32,000 nucleotides of DNA, taken from positions 494,575 through 526,574 of the forward strand of contig JAJRVL010000004.1 in NCBI GenBank assembly GCA_024277355.1, read 5' to 3'. The translations under genes and the position numbers were made by a program. Positions 26,546 to 32,000 of the stretch are shown here, piece by piece; position 1 is the stretch's first letter; each line of letters opens with the position of its first letter. Under the pieces are notes generated by a model. The model was not told the DNA's origin. It did not search any database and saw nothing but the letters and a program-made list of their open reading frames with translations. Source of the stretch: an archaeon (GTDB lineage: Archaea; Iainarchaeota; Iainarchaeia; Iainarchaeales; 1-14-0-10-31-34).

Positions 26546-27679
26546 ATGATTCCCTTTTCTTTTTTTTATTTCTTTTTTTCAATAACATTACTTGCTGTTG
26601 GAAGTTACACTGATTTCAAAGAAAGAATTATTTCAAATAAATTAACTTATTCTGCTGTTGCAATAGGAATATTAATTCATTTAATTGAATCCTATTATTC
26701 TGCTGATTATTCTGTTTTAGGAATAACTGTTATTGTAACAATTGCAACTTTTATTGCATCATATGGTTTATGGAAAATTGGAGTATGGGCAGGAGGAGAC
26801 GTAAAATTATTTACAGCATTAGCTGCATTAAATCCAGTTAATTTAGGAATAATAAGAGATGCAATTGGATTAAAATATTCATTGCTTGCATCAATTTCTC
26901 TTCCAGTTTTTCCTTTAACTTTATTTATTTTCAGTATTTTTTCAATGCTTCCTTACGGCGTTTTTTTAAGTTTAGGAACACTAAAAAAAAGAAAAGATTT
27001 AAGAGACAAATTAATTTTTGAATTAAAAGAAAAATTAATTTATACTGCAGAAACAATTGCATTAATTACAGGAATAAGTTTTATTTTAGGAAAATTCACT
27101 GAAGGAATACTTCTTTTTATTTTAGTTATTGCAGTAATAATTATTTCAACTAAATTAGAACATAAACTAAAATTAATTTTAACTTTAATTTTATTTGGTT
27201 TTGCACTTTATTCAGACTTTAAATTTGTTTTTCAGAATTATTTAATTGGATTTATTTCACTTTATTTTATTTATGTTTTCTTAAAAATGTTTTCTTTTGG
27301 AAGAGAATACTCATTAAAGAAAAAAATTAAAGTAAAAGAATTAGAAGAAGGAATGATTCCTGCTTTTTCTTTATATGAAATTGAAGGCAAAATAATAGAA
27401 AAAAAGCCTTTAAGTATAGGAAATATTATTAAGCATGTTAGAACTAATAATTTACAAGCATTACTGGGAGAACTTCAACCAAAAGGAAAAGAAATAGTTT
27501 CAGCAAAAAAAGCGGCAGGAATAACCGACGAAAAAGTATTAGAATTAAAAAAATTAGCAGAAGAAAAAAAAATTAATGAAGAAATAGAAATAAAATTAAC
27601 AGCACCAATGATTCCAGCAGTATTCATTGGATATGTGTTAGTTAATATTACAGGGGATTTGATTTGGAATTTAATGTAA
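26546..27679 (+). CDS. Archaeal prepilin/preflagellin peptidase (A24 family, EppA/PibD/FlaK-like), long form
   Basis: 377 aa. First catalytic Asp context GSYTDFKERIISN; second in WAGGDVKLFTAL (GxGDxK). Extra TM segments and a soluble K/E-rich insert precede the final TM (LTAPMIPAVFIGYVL). AGGGG Shine-Dalgarno sequence upstream. Confidence 0.85.
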   Translation: MIPFSFFYFFFSITLLAVGSYTDFKERIISNKLTYSAVAIGILIHLIESYYSADYSVLGITVIVTIATFIASYGLWKIGVWAGGDVKLFTALAALNPVNLGIIRDAIGLKYSLLASISLPVFPLTLFIFSIFSMLPYGVFLSLGTLKKRKDLRDKLIFELKEKLIYTAETIALITGISFILGKFTEGILLFILVIAVIIISTKLEHKLKLILTLILFGFALYSDFKFVFQNYLIGFISLYFIYVFLKMFSFGREYSLKKKIKVKELEEGMIPAFSLYEIEGKIIEKKPLSIGNIIKHVRTNNLQALLGELQPKGKEIVSAKKAAGITDEKVLELKKLAEEKKINEEIEIKLTAPMIPAVFIGYVLVNITGDLIWNLM

Positions 27680-28173
27680 AAAAAGGACAAACTTCAATTG
27701 AATTTATGCTACTAATTGTTGTTACATTGCTTTATATTCAGACAGTAATTAATCCTAATGTAAATGAAGCATTAACAAGTGTTAGTGATACAGCAAGAGT
27801 AGGAGAAGCAAGACTTGCAACAGAAAAATTAGCTAATGCAGTAAATTATGTTGCAGCATCAAATTCTGAAAGCAAAACAACTGTTAACTTGTTTATTCCG
27901 GATCGAACAATAATAATGTGTGATGAAATAAATAATAGATTAAGATATGAAACAGTAATTGACTCAAACATTGCAAAATGCGGAATATTAGACGGCAATC
28001 CTGCAAACTGCGACAAAAACTTTGAATTAAATCCTACCATAAATTTAACTTGTTCAGTTCCTCCGTTTAACTCAAGTAAAATAATTGATGCAAATTATGT
28101 GTCTAATCCTGTAACATTATACATTGAAAGAGATTCAACTGGAAATGTAACAATAACAGGAAACATAAGTTAA
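27664..28173 (+). CDS. Larger pilin-like protein with a class III signal peptide
   Basis: 169 aa. MEFNVKKGQTSIEFMLLIVVTLLYIQTV with KG|Q and E at +5. Globular C-terminal region with four Cys and four N-x-S/T sequons (NLT, NSS, NVT, NIS). TTG start overlapping the peptidase stop. Confidence 0.7.
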   Translation: MEFNVKKGQTSIEFMLLIVVTLLYIQTVINPNVNEALTSVSDTARVGEARLATEKLANAVNYVAASNSESKTTVNLFIPDRTIIMCDEINNRLRYETVIDSNIAKCGILDGNPANCDKNFELNPTINLTCSVPPFNSSKIIDANYVSNPVTLYIERDSTGNVTITGNIS

Positions 28174-28185
28174 AGGTAAAAAAAA

Positions 28186-28545
28186 ATGAATAAAGGGCAG
28201 TCAAGTTTTGAAGTAATAATGGTTACATTAATTGTAATAGTTACTGCAACATTTATTTTAGGAACTTTTTTTGATTTAGGAGACCAGACTTTTGCTTTAG
28301 CTTCAATAAAAGCAAATGTAATGGAAGAATTAGATAAAAATGAAAGCTTTTATGTATTAAAAAAAATTTATTATGAACAGGCAAATACAAACACAATAGA
28401 GTTTGATATAATAGTAGTAGATGATACAATTCAGCAAAATCCTGCTTATTATTTTGATTTAAATTCTTCAGCTCAACGAATAATAAATTATACAAAATTC
28501 AAAAATTTAACAATAAAAATGTCAGGAAACCAAGTTTATCCGTGA
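28186..28545 (+). CDS. Pilin-like protein with a class III signal peptide
   Basis: 119 aa. MNKGQSSFEVIMVTLIVIVTATFILGTFF with KG|Q and E at +5. Four sequons (NES, NSS, NYT, NLT). Confidence 0.65.
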   Translation: MNKGQSSFEVIMVTLIVIVTATFILGTFFDLGDQTFALASIKANVMEELDKNESFYVLKKIYYEQANTNTIEFDIIVVDDTIQQNPAYYFDLNSSAQRIINYTKFKNLTIKMSGNQVYP

Positions 28546-28549
28546 AATT

Positions 28550-29110
28550 ATGTTAAAAGAATTTCTTAAACAAAACATTAAAGGATTTAACTACAAAAAT
28601 TTCATTGCAATGAAAATCCAGTTAAGTTTAATTTTAATGACTTTAACAGGATTTACTTTTTTTTTAACTGGGTTTTATTTTACTGCTTCACTAGAAATAA
28701 TTTTTTCTTTGGTTTTTTTTCATTCATTAACTGAAGCAAAAAAAGAATTCACACAAGACTTTAAATTATTTGTCTTGCTTTTTGGTTCATTTTATTTAAT
28801 AATCCAATTAATCTGGTTAAACCAGGTAATTATTCCAGCAGAAAACAGAATTGACTTTGGTTTTGTTTTAATTTTTATTTTAGTGATAATAACAGTGATT
28901 TATACTGTTTTAATTAAAAAAAACACAATTAAAGGAAAAGTTATTTCATCTAATGGAAAAGTAACTGTAATTGAAACAGAATTTGATTTAAGAAGTTTTA
29001 CTAAAGGTGGAAAACACATAATTGAAACCCCCCAAAAATTCAACGAAGGAACAGAAATCAAAATAAAAATACAAAAAAGCATTATAGGAAAACACATTGA
29101 AATAATTTAA
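28550..29110 (+). CDS. Membrane protein with a C-terminal beta-rich soluble domain, function unknown
   Basis: 186 aa with four hydrophobic segments, then KGKVISSNGKVTVIETEFDLRSFTKGGKHIIETPQKFNEGTEIKIKIQ. Starts 4 nt after the preceding pilin-like gene, so probably co-transcribed. Confidence 0.45.
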   Translation: MLKEFLKQNIKGFNYKNFIAMKIQLSLILMTLTGFTFFLTGFYFTASLEIIFSLVFFHSLTEAKKEFTQDFKLFVLLFGSFYLIIQLIWLNQVIIPAENRIDFGFVLIFILVIITVIYTVLIKKNTIKGKVISSNGKVTVIETEFDLRSFTKGGKHIIETPQKFNEGTEIKIKIQKSIIGKHIEII

Positions 29111-29158
29111 TTCGCTTATTAACGAACAAAAAAAATTATTTAATTAACTTAACGCAGT

Positions 29159-29794
29159 TTGAAAATGGAATTAATTTTCATTGTGTTAATTGGATGTATT
29201 GCAGGAATTTTCACTGGATTAATTCCCGGAATACACATAAATACTATTGCAGTTTTACTGCTTTATTTAACGCCATCCAATAAAGAATTAATTTATTTTA
29301 TTATTCCAATGGCAGTTGTACACACTTTCGTTGATTTTATTCCTTCAATTTTATTTGGAGCAGTAGAAGAAGAAAACTTTTTGTCTGTTTTGCCTGGGCA
29401 TAAAATGTTAATGCAAGGCAAAGGATTAACTGCAATAAAAATAACAGTTTTAGGAGGAGCAATAGGGGGAATAACTTCTATTTTGTTTTCTTTTGTTTTT
29501 ATTAAATTAATTGAAAAAATTAAAGGGATTATTCCAAAATTAATTTCTCCTTTATTGATTTTTGTTTTGCTTTTAATGGTTTCAGAAGAAAAAAACAAAA
29601 AATATTCAGTTTTAGTTATTTTTCTTTCAGGAATTCTTGGATTAATTGTATTAAATGACTTTTTTTATGTTAAAGATTCATTGTTTGTTTTAGTTACGGG
29701 ATTTTTTGCTTTTCCTTTGCTGATAAATTCAGTTATAAAAAAAACAAGTATTCCAAAACAAAAAAAAGAAAAACATAAAATTAACTTAAATTAA
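29159..29794 (+). CDS. TctA/DUF112-family membrane permease, N-terminal half (ends at an in-frame TAA)
   Basis: 211 aa. GCIAGIFTGLIPGIHINTIAVLL and GAVEEENFLSVLPGHKMLMQGKGLTA fit the TctA-family pattern (G..G.lPG...; svlPgh.m..G.g). Confidence 0.6.
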   Translation: MKMELIFIVLIGCIAGIFTGLIPGIHINTIAVLLLYLTPSNKELIYFIIPMAVVHTFVDFIPSILFGAVEEENFLSVLPGHKMLMQGKGLTAIKITVLGGAIGGITSILFSFVFIKLIEKIKGIIPKLISPLLIFVLLLMVSEEKNKKYSVLVIFLSGILGLIVLNDFFYVKDSLFVLVTGFFAFPLLINSVIKKTSIPKQKKEKHKINLN

Positions 29795-30331
29795 ATTAAA
29801 GGTTCACTGTTAAGTGTTTTTGGAGGAAGTGTTGTTTCATTAATTCCTGCAATAGGACCAAGCATTTCAGCTTTTGTTTTAACAAAATTCACTAAATTAA
29901 ATGAAAAAGGATTTTTAGCTTTGCTTGGAGGCATTAATACAGCAAACATTATTTTTAGTTTTTTTGTTTTAATTTCAATTGGAAAAACAAGAAGCGGTTC
30001 AGCTGCAATAATAAAAGAACTAGGAAACATAACAATAAATGAATTAATTTTAATTTGTTCTGTAATTTTTTTTGCAGTAATTTTTGCTTCAGTTACAACA
30101 CTTTTTTTAGCTGAAATATTAATTAAAAAAATCCAGAAAATTAACTACAAAAAAACAAATTTAATTATACTGTTTTTTCTTGTTTTACTTGTTTTTTATT
30201 TCAGCGGAATAAACGGTTTAATTATTTCTTTTGTTTCAGCTTTAATAGGGTTGATTGCAGTGAAAAAAGGAATTAAAAAAAGTTCTTGTATGGCTTTCCT
30301 GATTTTTCCTGTTTTAGGTTATTATTTTTGA
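29795..30331 (+). CDS. TctA/DUF112-family membrane permease, C-terminal half; same frame as 29159..29794, no canonical start before TTG 29921
   Basis: Codons right after the TAA read IKGSLLSVFGGSVVSLIPAIGPSISAFVLTKFTKLNEKGFLALLGGINTAN. This repeats the G..G.(I/L)PG motif of the first half, so coding clearly extends upstream of the ORF-track start (29921). Confidence 0.5.
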   Translation: MKGSLLSVFGGSVVSLIPAIGPSISAFVLTKFTKLNEKGFLALLGGINTANIIFSFFVLISIGKTRSGSAAIIKELGNITINELILICSVIFFAVIFASVTTLFLAEILIKKIQKINYKKTNLIILFFLVLLVFYFSGINGLIISFVSALIGLIAVKKGIKKSSCMAFLIFPVLGYYF

Positions 30332-31998
30332 ATTATTTTAAATGTAACTGTATTAAGTTCATCATGTGCTTCAGAAAATATTTCAGAACACCTGTTATTT
30401 GACAAGCTTTCACTTAACTCTGGATTAAAATTTCCAAAACCATCTCTAATTTTATCATTATGAAAATAAATAATATAATCAATTTCATTTTTTTCCAGAA
30501 AAACACAGGGATCTCCTGAAAAATCAGCTTTCCAAGCATAATCATATGAAGTAGCTTTATCAAGCTTTAACAACAAAGCAGCACCATTAATAAACCAAAC
30601 TTTAGTATCAGAAGTATTTTCAATGCTTTTCCCTGCATACTCATAATTTTTTGAAGTTGATTGCACGTAAAAATGAGTTAAAACAGAAACTGAAGTAAAA
30701 AGAATTATTGCAACAAAAAGAGTTGCAATAAAAATTGAAATTTTTTTATTCTTTAATGAAACAATTTTTTTTAATTGGATTCCTGCAAAAATAGATAACA
30801 AAGCATAAACTGGAAGAAAATACCTTGGAAAACCACTTAATGTAGGGTATGCTTTACTGACAAAAGTTGCAAATAAAAACAAACTCAAAGAAATAAAAAA
30901 TAAAACTGAAAAATCTTTTTCAGAGCCTTTTTTCCAGAGCAAACCAAGCAAAAAAAGAAAAGGAACAAAAAACAAATAAAAATTATGCAAAAAATAATTA
31001 AAAAATATTTCTCCTATTCTAAAAGCATTTGAAAAAAAGTTAAACACAAAACCATTTTCTGATATTACTCCATAATCTCCAACACTGTCATATTCTAAAG
31101 GGGTGTTAATATGAGAAACAAAAAAAACCAACGAAATCAAAATAAAAATAATTGAAGAAAAAAACACTTCTTTATACTTTTTTTTATAAATAAAAAATAA
31201 CATAAAACCAACAAAAAATATTACTCCTGTTAATTTTGTTAAAAACATTAAGCCAGACAAAAAACCAGTAATTAAAATAAATAATTTGTTGTTTTCTTTA
31301 AGATATTTCAAAATAAAAAAAACTGAACCCAAAAAAAACATTGAAAGAAAACCTTCAACACCAAAATATGTGCTAAAAACCAAGACAATAGGTGATAAAC
31401 CATAAATCACTATAGAAAAAAATTCTCCATATCCTGCTTGTTTGCTGATAAAAAAAATCAAAAACAAAGACAAAACTAAAGAAAAAAACGAAATAAACCA
31501 GAAAAAATTACTATTCAAAAAAAACTTAGTTATTCCTGCAAAAGATTCAAACAACAAAGGAAACTGATTGCTTCTGACTTCATAAACATTTTTTGGTTCA
31601 ACAAAAAAAGTTTTTTCGCCATCATCAGCAAAATCATTAATAATAGGCAAATGATAAGCAGAATCATCATAATTTACTATTTGATTAACAGGAATAAAAA
31701 AAGCAGTTAAAACTAAAGATAAAATTAAAATATAAATTCCAAATAATTCAGGTAAATTTTCTTTTTTAAGCTTTATACTATTTAATTTTATTTTATTTAT
31801 TTTATTTAACCATTCAAAATTTGGTTTCTTTATTAAAAAAAACAAAATTAACAAAATTAAAGCATAAGCATAAATTATTTCTTTTGTTATGCCAAAAAAA
31901 GAAACCATGAAATAATAAAAAAAAGAAGTAACAGACAAAGACAAAAAAACAGACAAAACCCATTTCTCCAAACCAAAAAAATGCTTTTCAACCAACAA
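30322..31998 (-). CDS. GT-C-fold polytopic membrane glycosyltransferase (PMT_2/ArnT-like), possibly 5'-truncated by the window edge
   Basis: 558 aa with at least 12 hydrophobic segments. First extracytoplasmic loop has an acidic motif VNYDDSAYHLPIINDFADDGE. About 100-aa soluble C-terminal domain. No WWDYG motif, so not AglB. The ORF-track start is a TTG 2 nt from the window end, so the true start may lie outside. Confidence 0.5.
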   Translation of the reverse strand: MLVEKHFFGLEKWVLSVFLSLSVTSFFYYFMVSFFGITKEIIYAYALILLILFFLIKKPNFEWLNKINKIKLNSIKLKKENLPELFGIYILILSLVLTAFFIPVNQIVNYDDSAYHLPIINDFADDGEKTFFVEPKNVYEVRSNQFPLLFESFAGITKFFLNSNFFWFISFFSLVLSLFLIFFISKQAGYGEFFSIVIYGLSPIVLVFSTYFGVEGFLSMFFLGSVFFILKYLKENNKLFILITGFLSGLMFLTKLTGVIFFVGFMLFFIYKKKYKEVFFSSIIFILISLVFFVSHINTPLEYDSVGDYGVISENGFVFNFFSNAFRIGEIFFNYFLHNFYLFFVPFLFLLGLLWKKGSEKDFSVLFFISLSLFLFATFVSKAYPTLSGFPRYFLPVYALLSIFAGIQLKKIVSLKNKKISIFIATLFVAIILFTSVSVLTHFYVQSTSKNYEYAGKSIENTSDTKVWFINGAALLLKLDKATSYDYAWKADFSGDPCVFLEKNEIDYIIYFHNDKIRDGFGNFNPELSESLSNNRCSEIFSEAHDELNTVTFKIIQK

Positions 31999-32000
31999 AT

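Noticed and set aside
21686-28545. Archaellum (archaeal flagellum) operon.
   Set aside because: The locus has no archaellin-sized (about 200 aa) subunits and no FlaC/D/E, FlaF, FlaG or FlaH. The platform is split into two single-domain proteins rather than one FlaJ. The subunits are 47-59 aa.
22573-30030. ORFs 22573..22959, 23176..23367, 23950..24141, 24874..25101, 25964..26170, 27475..27690, 27846..28040, 28253..28495, 28900..29097, 29293..29598 and 29791..30030.
   Set aside because: These are antisense to the pilus ATPase, platform, pilin, peptidase and TctA genes. 29791..30030 in particular spans the TctA junction on the wrong strand, and the sense strand there shows a clear family motif.

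Overview
This is a visibly AT-rich, tightly packed archaeal chromosome segment. The archaeal hallmarks are CDC48/VAT, the RFC small subunit, NreA ending in a PIP box, Lrp/AsnC regulators, class III signal-peptide pilins, and TATA-like boxes about 27 nt upstream of several start codons. K/E-rich low-complexity tails, truncated or split genes and a salvage-only thiamine cluster fit a reduced-genome, DPANN-like archaeon, but that assignment is inference.

Positions 1-21600 are mostly housekeeping:
- cdc48 (partial)
- an Lrp-like HTH / NFACT-R / HD-like operon
- topA and lrp
- an orphan ATP-cone protein
- a glycosylation-sequon-rich surface protein flanked by orphan membrane proteins
- rfcS and nreA
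- thiamine pyrophosphokinase plus thiBPQ
- thrS

Positions 21686-28545 hold the most interesting content, a compact Tad/Epd-like type IV pilus locus. It has one VirB11/FlaI-family ATPase, two single-domain TadB/TadC-like platform proteins, and a long-form A24 prepilin peptidase. It also has five tandem mini-pilin genes, four of them missing or mis-started in the ORF track, and two larger pilin-like genes. All seven share the motif [K][GA]|Q-x-x-x-E.

Downstream lie an orphan membrane protein, a TctA/DUF112-family permease interrupted by a single in-frame TAA, and a convergent GT-C-type glycosyltransferase that reaches the right edge.

Other oddities are a 27-bp duplication of the rfcS 3' end flanking a 54-bp double-hairpin insert, and a GC-rich nested hairpin downstream of topA. 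I could not recognise any rRNA, tRNA, CRISPR array, transposase or integrase.
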